Part shown: piece after piece, positions 25,701-38,149 of the stretch
How the letters are laid out: the number at the start of each line of letters is the position of its first letter
Position numbering within the stretch: the first letter of the stretch is position 1
Assembly: GCA_010909165.1 (NCBI GenBank)
Contig: MU008158.1
Coordinates: 831,478-895,477 of the forward strand
DNA from: Anthoceros angustus
Lineage: Eukaryota; Plantae; Anthocerotophyta
Reading direction: 5' to 3'
DNA: 64,000 nucleotides
Translations under genes and position numbers: made by a program
Notes under the pieces: model-generated
Databases searched by the model: none
Told to the model about the DNA's origin: nothing
Seen by the model: only the letters and a program-made list of their open reading frames with translations

Positions 25701-26702
25701 CGGTGCTCAAACTTGAGAGCCACCTACAGAGCCGAAACGGGACAACATCAGACAGAACCACAAGATGTGGAGGCAATGGTCAGGGGAAAGTCGCCAAGTA
25801 GAGCGAGATGACGGCAGCACGCACCTCTACCGCCTGAGGTCCAGTCCGTTCTGTCCCACCATTGATACGCCGACCTACATAAACCTGTCCGAAACCACCT
25901 TTTCCAAGCTTTCGCTCAATCTTGTAGACCGGGGACCCTCCAACCTGGACCTGCACATAGGAGCAGGTACGAACCTCTTTCAGAAGATCCGAGATTCAAG
26001 GCCAGTCGGCGTCCTTCAGGAGCGAAGCAAAGCAACGCTTCACGAATCCGACATGGCGCGCAGCACACTCATGGACACAACACCAGGAGGCGAGGAGCAC
26101 ACGAAACCGACCCTCTCCGGAAGCGGGGCAGTGCTGCCTTCTTCTTCCGCGCCAGGAACCTTGTCGGCAGTCCTCCCGGCGCTCTCTTCTTCCATTTCTT
26201 GCTTCACGGGGGCTTCAATAACCTGAACTAGATCTAAACCGTGCTTCACCTGCAGCTGGCGACGATCCGGCGACCGCTCTGGCTCCGGGCCCTGGCTGGG
26301 AGATCCAGGCGACGTGGCCGGGTATACAACCTTCTTCCTGACGAGCGGAGCGGCGGGCCTGGGAGCCGCGGCAACCGCAGCCTTGGCGTGCCGCACGGGC
26401 TTGGCGGCCCGGGCAGCGGCAGCGGCCTTGGCCTGGCCGCGGGCTCAACCCTAGGAGCGGTAGTGGCTCCCGCCGCGGTGGCCTGCTGTGCCACAGCCGC
26501 AGCCGCCCAGGTGCGCACGCGGTTAGTCGCGGAGAAGTGAGATCAACCACGTCCGGCGGCGGCCTCCTCCTGGCAGGCGTCCTCCGGCCGCTTCCGAGGC
26601 CCGAGTCGGGGAAGGCGGGAGCTACAGCAGCTGGCGCGGCAGGCGCGAGGGATTGGCAGGCGCAGCGTGGGATTGGCGCGCTCCACTACGCAGCTCTGGC
26701 AT
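22767..26702 (-). CDS. MLK: Plant casein kinase 1-like protein of the MUT9-like/PPK/AEL (HD16) family, multi-exon
   Basis: N-terminus MPELRSGAR; [39 protein letters not shown]; C-terminus [19 protein letters not shown]. Apparent 1-bp frameshifts in the GC-rich first exon. Confidence 0.95.
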
Positions 26703-28070
26703 CCTTCACCCATGCACTCCCCGCGAGCAGCCGGACGGACGCTGCGCGACACTGCCGGCGGTGCTCCTGCGGCTGCGGCGGCTGCGATCCTCTGCGCACC
26801 TCGCTCATATCTTTCCTCCAATGCTGCCTTGTGGCCGCCCGCCGCTCCGGCCCCGCATGCAGCCTCACAGCGCCTATCCTCCTCCTCCTCCTCCCTCCTC
26901 CCGCCGCCTAGCCTAGTCCAGGCCTGCCTCCCGCAGTCACTCCTCCGCCCGGCCTGCGAGCATGGGCGAGCGCATGCCTCCGCCGAGCGCACCAAACCCC
27001 AGCCTCCGTCCACCATGCGTCCCTACCCTTCCCTTCCCTTTCCTCCCTCCTCCTCCCCGGCTGTGCGCGCTCCTCCGCTCCTGGTGCCTGCCGCTGCCGC
27101 TGGCGGAGAGCGGTCAGTGGATCTCGGCGCGCAGGCTGCAGCGCGCGGGAAGCGCACAATGCGGCGGCTGGGGTTGGCGCGAAGCCGCGGGTTGCATGCT
27201 GCACCGATGGCAGCGGGATGCGATGGAGGAGGAGACCGAGGAATGCAGAGGGTTTCAGCGCGCCCGCACTCTCGCCGAAGGGAGAGAGAAAGATGGACGG
27301 GGAGAGAGAGTCTGTGGTCACCACAGCACAGGCAAGGCCATCCCGGCACCCGGCGCCCGGCGCCCGGCACCAGCTCCAAATCCACTATCACTGTGCGTAA
27401 AAACGCGCGGCAGGCCGGTGCCCGAGGCCTTCATTTCGACACTCTTCTCGTTTCGTTTCGTTTCGTTTCGTAGTCTACTCGTAGCCTTTAAAAAGGTCCG
27501 TCCATTCCCCACTTGCTTAACTTAATATGCTCCAGCCCGGCGTCGTACACTGCGCCTACCGCCCGCTCTGCCAGCCCGCCCGCCAGGCCACGCTAATTGC
27601 CCTTTGCCCAGTCCCTGCCCCTGCGACGGCGTCCGCTAACTGGTCGCTATGCACTCGGCGTCATCGTCACTCCGGCGATATTTCCCTTTGCTTCCTCCTC
27701 TGCTTCGGGCCGCGCCCACGTCCCGTCGCCATTTCAAAAAAATCTTCACCTGGACATCCAACCTCCACCCACCAAACCATCTCATTATATTCGTATTTTA
27801 CTTACCAAATTAATTCATTTATAAATCTCTACATCATCTATCTATCTTAAAGACTGGATTACCATGCTAGTTTATATTTTCTACACGTACATGTACTTAT
27901 AGCATGTGCGTGTGTGAGACGAGTGGTTTCAAGTCCTCCAATCTTGGCTATACATACGTGACGTCTAACTTGACCATTTTGTATCTGTACAGATCTGCTT
28001 AGTTTACCACGTGCTCGCTTCGGGCATTCTCGGTGCACGCGTTATGACATTTCCGATGACGTTCCTGGAT

Positions 28071-28631
28071 TTATGGGCTCTCAATCATGCAATCTATGTA
28101 CCTATTGTACACAGCTTCGACTTCATTATACTTACACGGGTGCTTTATGTTCTCTTCTGTCCTCTTGATGCATACAGTACATAACATACACGGGGCTTTA
28201 CGGTCGCGCACTTTGAAGAGGTCTATTCTATTCCAATTAAAACCCCTTGTCCATCATAGTACATACTTAGGTTTGTCCTCTCTCATACACAAGTGTACGA
28301 AAACATTTAAGGACTCATTCATATGTCCTTTTCAGACATTGGTGAAGCCATCAGAAAGAAACAAGCCAGCACCCCGTCCACCTATACACTTGAGACATTG
28401 CCGCCGGAGGTGTAGGTTATTTATCGGAGCATGGAACACAGCTCCGTGGTTCCATGCTCCCGTGTTATTGTGCGCAATTTCATGTTTGTACCTTAGAGCC
28501 CTACAGTAGTTGGTGGTGCAGTGTTGTTCATATATAGGTGGTTCTAGGTTTTCAAAGCATGGAGCCCATAATCCACATTCCAATAGAAAAGCAGTTCTAT
28601 AGAAAAGGTGCTCTTGCTCCGGAACGTACAT
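28071..28631 (-). pseudogene. Orphan Cys/His-rich reading frame (187 codons) with two in-frame TGA stops
   Basis: One frame from ATG 28631 to TAA 28071, interrupted only at 28332 and 28254. No recognisable family. Confidence 0.35.
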
Positions 28632-29335
28632 GCGCCTCTTTTTGTACAATGCAGGTGCTTTCTTTTCGCAATGCAGGTTTGTTCTTACTCCAGAACCTAC
28701 TTGCGCCTTCTTCTTACTCCAGAACCTACATGTCCGTGCTTTTTGTAATGCAGGTTTGTTCTTACTCCAGAACCTACATGTCCGTGCTTTTTGTAATGCA
28801 GGTTTGTTCTTACTCCAGAACCTACTTGCACCTTCTTTCCGCAATGCAGGTTTGTTCTTACTCCCGGAACCTATTGTCACTTTCTTTCCGCCATGCAGGT
28901 TTGTTCTTACTCCCGGAACCTATTGTCACTTTCTTTCCGCCATGCAGGTTTGTTCTTACCCCCAGAACCTACTATCGTTTTCTTTCCGCAATGCAAGTTT
29001 GTTCTTACTCCAAAACCTACCTGCGCCTTCTTTTCCGCAATGAGGTTTGTTCTTACTCCAGAACCCACTCGCGCCTTCTTTTCCGCTATGCAGGTTTGTT
29101 CTTACCCCCAGAACCTACTATCGTTTTCTTTCCGCAATGCAAGTTTGTTCTTACTCCAAAACCTACCTGCGCCTTCTTTTCCGCAATGAGGTTTGTTCTT
29201 ACTCCAGAACCCACTCGCGCCTTCTTTTCCGCTATGCAGGTTTGTTCTTACTCCAGAACCCACCTCGCCTTCTTTTCGCAATGCAGGTTTGTTCTTGCTC
29301 CCGGAACCTACTGTCACCTTCTTTCCGCAATGCAC
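28610..29335. repeat. ~48-49-bp minisatellite, ~14 units, with a 146-bp higher-order repeat
   Basis: Core atgcaggtttgttcttactccagaacctac; 28942-29087 is repeated at 29088-29233. Confidence 0.93.
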
Positions 29336-30616
29336 ATGTGCTTTGTGCCCGTGCACTTTGATGAGTCTTTCGTAACTCAATAACAAGCCGCATGAACTCG
29401 TGTATTATTTCTAATCCAATGAAAAGGAGCATGCATGTACAAATGTTAATCCAATAAACAACCCCTAAGTATATACATAGATAAATATTTGTTATCTACA
29501 TTGTAGAGTAATATTTGGTTTGTCTTCTCTTATGTAGGTGTATGTAAAATATATCTTCATTATGAACTTGATCGTGGATTTAACTCACAGGAAGGGCTTT
29601 TACAAGAGGCTAGCTCCGCAGGGTTACAACAGAGGATGGGTAGCACCCCATCCCAACAGTGATCTGACTCAATGGTGGCATTGACAACAAGTGCCTCTGG
29701 CCGTTTTACAAAAGTCTATCTAGTGATCCAACTCAAGGGTGCTTGACCGGGGAGTTCCAATGGACCCATGTCTAAATGTCACTTCTGAAGGGATGAAGGA
29801 AAAATTATATTCAACAATTCAAGATGAAATAGGTTAAATAATATAAATAATTACAGTAAATATAAATAATTAATAAAAATAAATTAATATATACAGGTTC
29901 TAAATATTAGTATTCATCTTTTATCCCATACAAAATAATAGGTTTTTGCCTACTACAAGACATGATGACATTGGATGGCATAGATGAGCGTGATGTAGAG
30001 CCCATATATTTAGAATTGTATGATCTTAAATTAGGTAGAGTAAAGAATATTAAAAAAAATAAAACAAGCTAGTGTAGGTAAAGTAAAACATAAAAGGGAG
30101 TTGTTGAAGTTGGATCTCATGCACAAGAGATGGATCGTGACCAGCGTACCGAATACATCTAACGTCCTGGCCTCTTCTTCAGAGAAATATCCCGCTAAAT
30201 CGCTGGGGACGTGGAGTGACGGGAATCATTAACAGTGTGCGGGAATCATATTTTACCACGCAATCAGAGACCTAGGAGAGAATTTGTAGTGGCAGTTATG
30301 GTCAGACAACTTTTCCAGAAGGAATAAGTTACAGCGGTGGAAGGGGAGGCCGCAAGGTTCTCTGGAAGACTTTGGAAGGAGGAAGTACATCACGAAATGT
30401 AGGAATCACACGAAACAAACGCTTGCGGAATCACGCAAACATTGCACTTCTTCTGGGAGGCTGCAGTGCTCCCACCACTCGACTCTTGGCTTCCGCGATT
30501 TCCAGACTCCGCAAGTCTTTCCTCATCACCTACTGGGCTGTACTTTGCTGCCTTCGTAGCTCGTGGATGTGATGTGGAGAGGGTCACCAAAATTGTTGTT
30601 TGCTCTTTTGTTGATT

Positions 30617-33600
30617 TTAACCTGTCAGAACTCCCGCTAGGACCTCGCTCTTGCCACGAACTGTGATGGTGTAAGCGAGGCGGATGGCATCCAGCCACCC
30701 TTCCATCAGCTCCCAGGAATCTGCTACCTGCAGGCCGGAGTTGATTCCAGGATCAGAAGAGAAGCTGGGTTGCAGGTGGAGGGCTGGTGGGAGAAAGTGG
30801 AGACGGGGCTCACAAAATATTGTTGCCGAGTGCTTGTGTCGATCCGCAAGCCGCCCCCCGCAGGTAGGCTCAGGTCGGCACAAGGAGTCATGTAGACGAT
30901 ATCCTCAAGCTCCATTCTGAAGAAGGAGGTCTTGGCTGGTGTCTTTGCGATGGATGGACTTGAGGGCTCTGAACCGCCTGGGTTTATTATTCTTCTAGAG
31001 AAATTCTTGGCGAGTTTCTCTTCTGGTTTATCCATCTTACCAGATAACATTGTCAAGGCCGCTTGATGTTAGGACTTTCAAAAAATCCCTGACCTACCCA
31101 CACCATTTTCAGCACTCAAAAGCGAACCAGGTTGGTGCACATAAGTTCGATACATACCTCATAGAACGCCTCATGGTCTATGACAAACCACAACCTCTTC
31201 CAGTCATTATGTGGGGCAAGAGAGTCATCCCCGGGATGAACCAGCAAGTAGCCTGCCTTCAGGTACGGCAGAGGAAGCTGCAGACATAGTAAACGCTGCA
31301 TGTTATATGATTTTTCATCATTCGTTACACGGCGACAGTCGCAAACTTCTCATCTTGTTCTACAAAACTTAGGAGAGGAAGAACGTGCACCATTGATCTG
31401 ACCAGCCGAAGAGCACTCCTGTAAACCTGTCGGCTTCAACCCACACAACACTACCGGTGAGAACACAACAGCACAGCGTCGGTTGAGGATGATTCCTCAC
31501 AGAGCCTACAGAGGAAACAATCTACAAACTTGATGGTTGCAGAGGATCCCTTGACCAACCGGATAGTCGGGCTTCAAAGAATGTGCAGCTGCGATGTAGA
31601 TGGCTGATTGGCTGTACAGCTCAGAAGGCATATGGTCTGGTCGAGATACTTTCCGACCACTTCGAACCGTGTCCTCAGCTAGGCCATACTTCGCATGGCA
31701 CAAGAAAGTTATTGACTTGCACAAATATGCATTTTAGGGGTAACATGCAACAAGGAGAACCACAAGGCTCCCTCATCTCAACACTCACCAGGACAGTACC
31801 CAGATTGTAAACTGCTCGATGAAAGTCAAAGCGGAGTCCTATTGCAGCCCGAAACTGCAACAGATTCAAACGAGTGGTGCGTTTCTCCCTTAGGCAAAAT
31901 GGATGAGGCAAAAGTTACAAAAAAGAGTGCAGCTCAACTGTCTTTCACCCTTGATTGCAATCAACTCGTAATGTCGGAGAGTAGGGAGGGGAGAGGGGAA
32001 TGGGTGAGTGGGTGGGTGAGGGTGCTGCATTCTCTACTGAGCTCACCTTTCTAATTGCACTCCTTATGATTCCACGCTTTTCCTTCAGTGGGACTATGGC
32101 ACCAAGCTCCTGTGACAATCGAACACACCTCAGAAACTTTGCAAATATACCACATGGGACCAGTCCGTGTTGCAAACAGTGGGCTGTCCCACCTGAAGTG
32201 CGAGTCCCCAGTTGTTGAGAGCCTGCAAAGGACCACGAGCATTAGTCATATGTGCTGGCCAGTTGCTCACGACACCGATCTTTTCAATATAAAAGCACCT
32301 GCTGATCTACAAAACAATGCCCCGAAACGCTAGGGCCCAGACAAACACCTGCGGACTGTTCCAGTTGAGCTGCAAAGACTTCTCGTATTTCTCACATGCC
32401 TGCACAGGTGCCCACTGACCCCATTCATTCCTATCCCAACCGGGTGGAACAAACGGAACCTAAACTCCACGACTGCAATGCACAAGAGCTCCAACCCAAC
32501 AAACTTCAAGCGCAAACAGGAAACCCGAAACCAAACCTGCTTCCAAAGTTCCTCTGCCTCCTTGGTTCTACCTCTGATCTTTGCACGGTCAGAAATGGCA
32601 ATCGCCCAGTTGTAGAATGCCTGGTTGCAACCATCACGCACTTAAAGTGAGAATCGCTGAACAAGACAAATGCAGCAGCTTCTCCAGAAAGATGACCTCA
32701 AAGCCCAGCAACCGGAAAGAACCAAATCTTCACACCTCATGCAGCGACGGGCAGATACTAATCGCAGCTTCATACTTGCTGCACGCATCTTCAAGCAGCA
32801 CATCCTTTCCCGGCGGCCCACCATCCACTGGAGTGTTATCCGCGGTTTCCTGCGCCCACGTACCAAGAAAAGAAAACGCTCAGCGCCCAACCGACAATCC
32901 CCCGATCACCACACCCAATCTCCCACAAACTCCACACCAACTCACCTGGAGCACCAAAGCCCAATTGTACATGGCATCGAAGTCACCCGCGTTGGCAGCA
33001 ACCGCCCTGGAGTACCTGAACCACAACAACCCGAATCCCACAATTCAGCATCCCGCTCCCACGCTCTCGCTCTCGCACAAACCCAATCCTCACCTCCTGG
33101 CAGCAAAAGACAGCATCCTTTGCCGAGAGTGCAGATCCTCCTCCCCAGGCACAATACTACTGCGGATATCCATAATTCGCGTCCTCACAGGCGGCGTCCC
33201 CGGTCCCGTCCCCTTCCCCGAAGGCGTCGCAGGCCCACTCGCAGGCTCCTCCGCCCCATCCCGCCCAGGCCCCGCTCCCACACTCACTTCCAGCTCCCGA
33301 CCCTTCTCCTCCACGATCTCACTCGCATGCGCATGAACTTCCACGTGCACTTGCTCCCCGATCACCTGCTCCTCGGTCCCTTGCTGCTCGATCTCACCCA
33401 CCTGCCCCTCCACCCTCTCCTGCTCCTCAATCCTTTGCTCCTGGATCCCATTCCCATGCTCCTCGATCTCGCCCACCTGCTCCTTGGCCTCAGTCACAAC
33501 CTCGGGGTGCCCCCCCACAAGCTCCGAGATCTCACTGCCCTGCACGGGCTCCTGCTCCGGATCCTGATCAGCCTCCTTCCCAGGCTCCTGCTCATTCACG

Positions 33601-33632
33601 ACCGCCTCAGAGTCCCCGGTTGATGTGGCCAT
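30617..33632 (-). CDS. HLB1: HLB1 TPR/PH-like TGN/early-endosome protein, multi-exon
   Basis: [97 protein letters not shown] match the plant HLB1 family. Confidence 0.92.
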
Positions 33633-33904
33633 CCCGGGCTCTCACGGTCTCCAGCGCTGGAGTAGAGGCCCGCCTAAATCGAAAATTCTCGTTGCATCTC
33701 CAACGCCCAGGCCCTTTGCAAGCATGCTGCGGTGAGCTCACGTGTGTTCCACTTTTAAACAAGTCCGCCAGATCCCAACAAAGAACCCATGGCGACAAAG
33801 GACGCTTCCATTTTCCGCCATGCCCTAAATTTCGGACTCGTAGTTGGGACACTTGGTGCGACTGGGCCTCAGTCGGGTCAGCGCAGTCTTTGATGGGCTT
33901 GCAT

Positions 33905-36900
33905 TTACTGGCTATCTCCGCAAGAACAGAAGCCATCCTTAAACCGATGCACGCAATGGGCGTCTCTAATAATAATCTCTCGCTGTTCTACTCTGGAGAT
34001 GAGCTTGGTGCCGGTGTGGCAATGGCCACACATCCTGAGATTCTTGGTGACCACCAGAGTGGTGCCCGGAGGGGTGTTGAGGAGGCCGAAAGCTAGAGCC
34101 AGCTTCTCGGCATGTTTGCACAGGGAGTCTTCACTTTCCTGGTGAGGCCCGGGGCCGAGCACCGGGTTCGAGTCCCTGTATGCCTCGGTTTGTGTGTTGA
34201 GGCTGTTGAGCTTGGCCGAGGTGTCGTCCCTGCTTCTGCCCACTATGAATTCGTGTACCTGGCTGCCCACCTCGATCAAGGCCCTGGCGGGCTTCTTCTG
34301 GGCACCTGCGGACTGCATCATGGTTTCGACCTGGTCGACATCCGCCCACCTGCCGGCTTCTGCGTAGATGTCGGACATGAGGGCGTAGGCGGAGGCATGT
34401 TGGGGTGCCAAGTTAACTAGGCGGTGGAAGCAGCTCCTTGCTAGCTCGAGATGGTTGTGGGTCTTGGAGGCAGTGAGGAGAGATGTCCAGCCGATGGTGT
34501 CATGCTGTAGTGGCATTGTGTGGAGCATGGTTGCTGCTTCCTCCAGCCGGCCGGACCGACCCAGGAGGTCTACCAGGGAGTTGTAATGCTCGACCTGGGG
34601 CTGGATGCTGTACTGTCGGGACATCATGGTGAAGTAGTTCTGGCCCTCGGTCACCAGACCCGCATGGCTGCATGCCGCCAGCAGACATGTGAAGGTTGCA
34701 GCATCAGGTTGGACTCCTTGTTGTTGCATCCTGGCGAAGCACTGCATAGCCATGGTGCAGTTGTTGTGCTGGCCGTAGCCGCCAATGAGGGCGTTCCATG
34801 TCACCAGATCCTTCCTTGCTTGACTGTCGAATACACCCTGGGCGTCCTCCAGGCATCCGCATTTTGCATACATGTCCACCAGACTGCTGCCCACAAACGC
34901 GTCATTTTCAAGTCCTTTGTCCAGAATGTCAGCATGTATCTGTTGTCCTTCTTGAATGGCTCCCAGTTTGCCACAGACCTTTAGTACACACGAATATGTG
35001 ACGATGTCAGGCGTCAAGCTTTCTTGCTGCATTCTGAAATATGCCTTGAGGGCATCGTGGCCGAGCCCATGCTCCGCGTATCCGGCGATGAGGGTGTTCC
35101 AGGTTACTACATCTTTTGTTTGCAACCTGTCGAACAACAGACATGCATCTCCCATGCTTCCGCATTTGATGAACATGTCTATCAAGGCGTTCCCAACACA
35201 CACATCTGCTTCAAGTCCTCTTGCCAGAACCTCAGCATAGACCTTCCTGCCCTCCTCTAAGTTTCCTAAGCTACCACATGCTTTCAAAATGCTTACATAG
35301 GTGAAATTGTCTGGGACCGTGGCACTCAGAAACATGCTCCTGAAAAGTTCAAGTGCCTCTTGCCCCAGCTCATGCTGAGCGCACCCTGCAATCATGACAT
35401 TCCATGTGACCAAGTCCCTGGCCAGCAATCTGTCGAATACTCTGCGAGCATCCTCCAAGCTCCCGCATTTGGCGTACATATCCACCAACATGCTCCCAAC
35501 CAACACGTCCTCCTCAGCTCCTCTTTCCAGGATTTGGACATGAATCTGCCTGCCTTCGTGTATGTTTCCAATGATAGCACACGCTCTGAGGAGGCCCGCA
35601 TATGTGGCCTTGTTAGGCACAATTCCATCCCCTAGCATTCTCATGTACAGCTTGAGGGCTTCATCCGCAGGCCCCTGATGGGCATATCCTGCAATCATGG
35701 CAGTCCATGAAACCACATCTTTTGAAGGCAATTTGTCAAACACCAGTTGGGCATCTTCCATGCTTCCGCATTTTATGTACATATCTAATAGACTGTTTCC
35801 GAGTGAGCTATCAGCTTGAAGTCCCCTTTCAAGGATATGGGCGTGAATCTGCTTGCCTTTCTCCAAGTCCCCTACACTGCCGCATGCTTTCACAACAGCG
35901 ACAAGGGTTACATGATTGCCTGCCAACTTCCCATCCTGCTGCAGCAGGGTGTAAAGTTGAAGCGCTTCTTGCCCTCGTCCATGCTGAGCATATCCTGAAA
36001 TCATAGCACTCCAAGTCACCACATTCTTTTTTGGTAATCTTTCAAAAACTCTGCGGGCCTCCTCCAGACTACCACATTTGGCATACATGTCGACCAAGGT
36101 GCTTCCAATATAGATATCAGCTTCCAGTCCCCTTTTCAGGACCTCAGCGTGAATCTCCTTGCCCTCTTGTATAGCCCCTACATTGCCACATGCTTTGAGA
36201 ATGCTAACGAATGTGAAGTGGTTTGCTGCACACTTGCCATCCTGCCGCATCTTTACATAAAGATTGAGCGCTTCCTGACCACACCCATTTTGAGCATAAC
36301 CTGCAAACATAGCATTCCATGTCACAACATCTGTGCTCGGCAAACTGTTAAAGACATCCCTGGCCGTCTCCAGGCTCCCACATTTGGCATACATGTCTAC
36401 CAGGGCGCTCCCGACAAACACATTTGTGTCAAATCCATACTCCACCACATCCGCATGAACCAACTTGCCTGAGGCTAAATCTCCTGCACTGGCACATGAT
36501 TTCAGGACAGCAGCCAGCACAAAATCAGTCGGTCTGACGCTTGACTGTCGCATTCGCACATACAATTTGATAGCCTGCTCAGCCTTTCCATGGTCACAAT
36601 GTGCTGAAATGATCGAAGCCCATACAAAGGTGTCGGGTACAGCCAACTTGTTAAAAACCTGCTCTGCTTCCATCAAACTCCCCGTGGCAGCGTACATCCG
36701 AATTAAGTGGTTCCCCATAAAAGAGTCCAACGCAGACCCGACTTGCGCAGAGAGAGCATGGACACGCCTGCCCACCTCAAGGTCTCTAGTTGCAGTGCAC
36801 CCTTTCAGGAGCATGTACAACATGCCACTGGGGATGGAAAATCCTCTCCGGTGCATCAGGTTCACAGCCTCCAGCGCACTTTCTAGCGCTCCCTCCTTTC

Positions 36901-36940
36901 TGAAGTCTGTAGGCTCCAATAGATCTTCAACAGCCACCAT
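33905..36940 (-). CDS. PLS-class PPR protein with E1/E2 and DYW:KP-type deaminase-like domain (candidate U-to-C organellar RNA editing factor)
   Basis: About 8 P-L-S triplets; KKPARALIEV, HAEKLALAFGLLNTP, KNLRMCGHCH, end FCSCGDSQ. First in-frame ATG at 36940; an upstream targeting exon (~37025-37375) is probable. Confidence 0.93.
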   Translation of the reverse strand: MVAVEDLLEPTDFRKEGALESALEAVNLMHRRGFSIPSGMLYMLLKGCTATRDLEVGRRVHALSAQVGSALDSFMGNHLIRMYAATGSLMEAEQVFNKLAVPDTFVWASIISAHCDHGKAEQAIKLYVRMRQSSVRPTDFVLAAVLKSCASAGDLASGKLVHADVVEYGFDTNVFVGSALVDMYAKCGSLETARDVFNSLPSTDVVTWNAMFAGYAQNGCGQEALNLYVKMRQDGKCAANHFTFVSILKACGNVGAIQEGKEIHAEVLKRGLEADIYIGSTLVDMYAKCGSLEEARRVFERLPKKNVVTWSAMISGYAQHGRGQEALQLYTLLQQDGKLAGNHVTLVAVVKACGSVGDLEKGKQIHAHILERGLQADSSLGNSLLDMYIKCGSMEDAQLVFDKLPSKDVVSWTAMIAGYAHQGPADEALKLYMRMLGDGIVPNKATYAGLLRACAIIGNIHEGRQIHVQILERGAEEDVLVGSMLVDMYAKCGSLEDARRVFDRLLARDLVTWNVMIAGCAQHELGQEALELFRSMFLSATVPDNFTYVSILKACGSLGNLEEGRKVYAEVLARGLEADVCVGNALIDMFIKCGSMGDACLLFDRLQTKDVVTWNTLIAGYAEHGLGHDALKAYFRMQQESLTPDIVTYSCVLKVCGKLGAIQEGQQIHADILDKGLENDAFVGSSLVDMYAKCGCLEDAQGVFDSQARKDLVTWNALIGGYGQHNNCTMAMQCFARMQQQGVQPDAATFTCLLAACSHAGLVTEGQNYFTMMSRQYSIQPQVEHYNSLVDLLGRSGRLEEAATMLHTMPLQHDTIGWTSLLTASKTHNHLELARSCFHRLVNLAPQHASAYALMSDIYAEAGRWADVDQVETMMQSAGAQKKPARALIEVGSQVHEFIVGRSRDDTSAKLNSLNTQTEAYRDSNPVLGPGPHQESEDSLCKHAEKLALAFGLLNTPPGTTLVVTKNLRMCGHCHTGTKLISRVEQREIIIRDAHCVHRFKDGFCSCGDSQ

Positions 36941-38149
36941 CCTGCAAGATCGATCAATACTGTATCTTATAAACACAGCTCCTGATCCCAAATAGCTTTC
37001 AACATTCCACTACACGCCAAATACCTGACAGCGTTCCCTTGGTCACATCCATAATCAACAGCTGCTTCAGCAACTAATCCGTTCCTTGAAGGAACAGCAG
37101 AAGCTCCCCCTGAGCTTGAATTTCTCCCAAAGCTCGATCGAGACCCAAGCCAGAAACCCCCCCTTGTCGTGCTGTGCATGAAGGCCGGATACATGCAGTT
37201 TCTCTGTGGTGATCACCGATAGTCAACTGGAAACTGTGGGCAAAGCAACGCTGCCCAGGTCTCAATGACCATCTCGAGCCTTGCACAGCCCAAACAGATG
37301 GCAGTCACATTGGAATCACAGCAGATTTTACCTTCAAGAACCCCCAGTTCCACGACTGAGAACGAGCGGCCATAATCGTTCCCCCCATCGCATCCCGGCC
37401 AATTTCATCACCTGCAAACCAGCTAAAACATCAACACCCACCCACTCACCTGCTGCCAATCCAATCCAATCCGCTTAAGCCATCACAGGTACCCTGCGCA
37501 TGACAACAGCTCACCATTTCCACTTGTGTGGCGCTCAGCTGAGCCCCGTAGGATCGACAAGCGCCTATACCATTCTTTCAATGGTACAAGAGGGCTGAAT
37601 CTGCTCTGATTCAGCCATGCCAGCACCATTCTTCCCCCAGAACGACCACTTCTCTTCATCGCCCAGCGGGGTGTAAGAAGTGCAGAGGTACGCCTGGCAG
37701 GCTACTGGGAAGCTGGTCCTAGCAGCCTGAAGTAGGCAGAACAGTTGTCGTTTGTATTTCTTCGTGTGGAAGAAGTCGTCCAGATACGACATATCTTATT
37801 CTCAGGTTGGATACATATATCTTTTTCGCTAAAGCTTGTTGGGTAGTGGCAAGTGATAGAACTGCAGCAATGGGTCAGTGAGCAAGACGAATTCTTGGTA
37901 GATCTTAGGGTTGTCTAGGGATAGGTGTATGAAACGGGAAGGCGAAGGCTTGCGAGTCGACTCTGAATGAGGACAGGGTAGGTTGGATGGACGACAGGGG
38001 AATTGAATCTAAGCGTAGAACAGGGAAGGGCTCGTGCAAGGCATGGGGGCGTTGGAGAGAATGAGAATGTAAGCTCTGGTGACCAATCTTGGATCTGGGG
38101 ATGTGAATTTGGCAGCTGTGTCCGTTGCTGCTGCAGGGGCCGTGGCGGA

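Noticed and set aside
26543-27525. Long overlapping ORFs upstream of MLK
   Set aside because: GC-rich 5' UTR/promoter with few stops and no recognisable domain.
28610-29335. CRISPR-like look of the regularly spaced conserved core
   Set aside because: Intervening sequences are homologous to one another, there are no cas genes and the context is eukaryotic: a minisatellite.
32581-33623. 251-aa and 317-aa plus-strand ORFs
   Set aside because: Antisense shadows of HLB1 exons.
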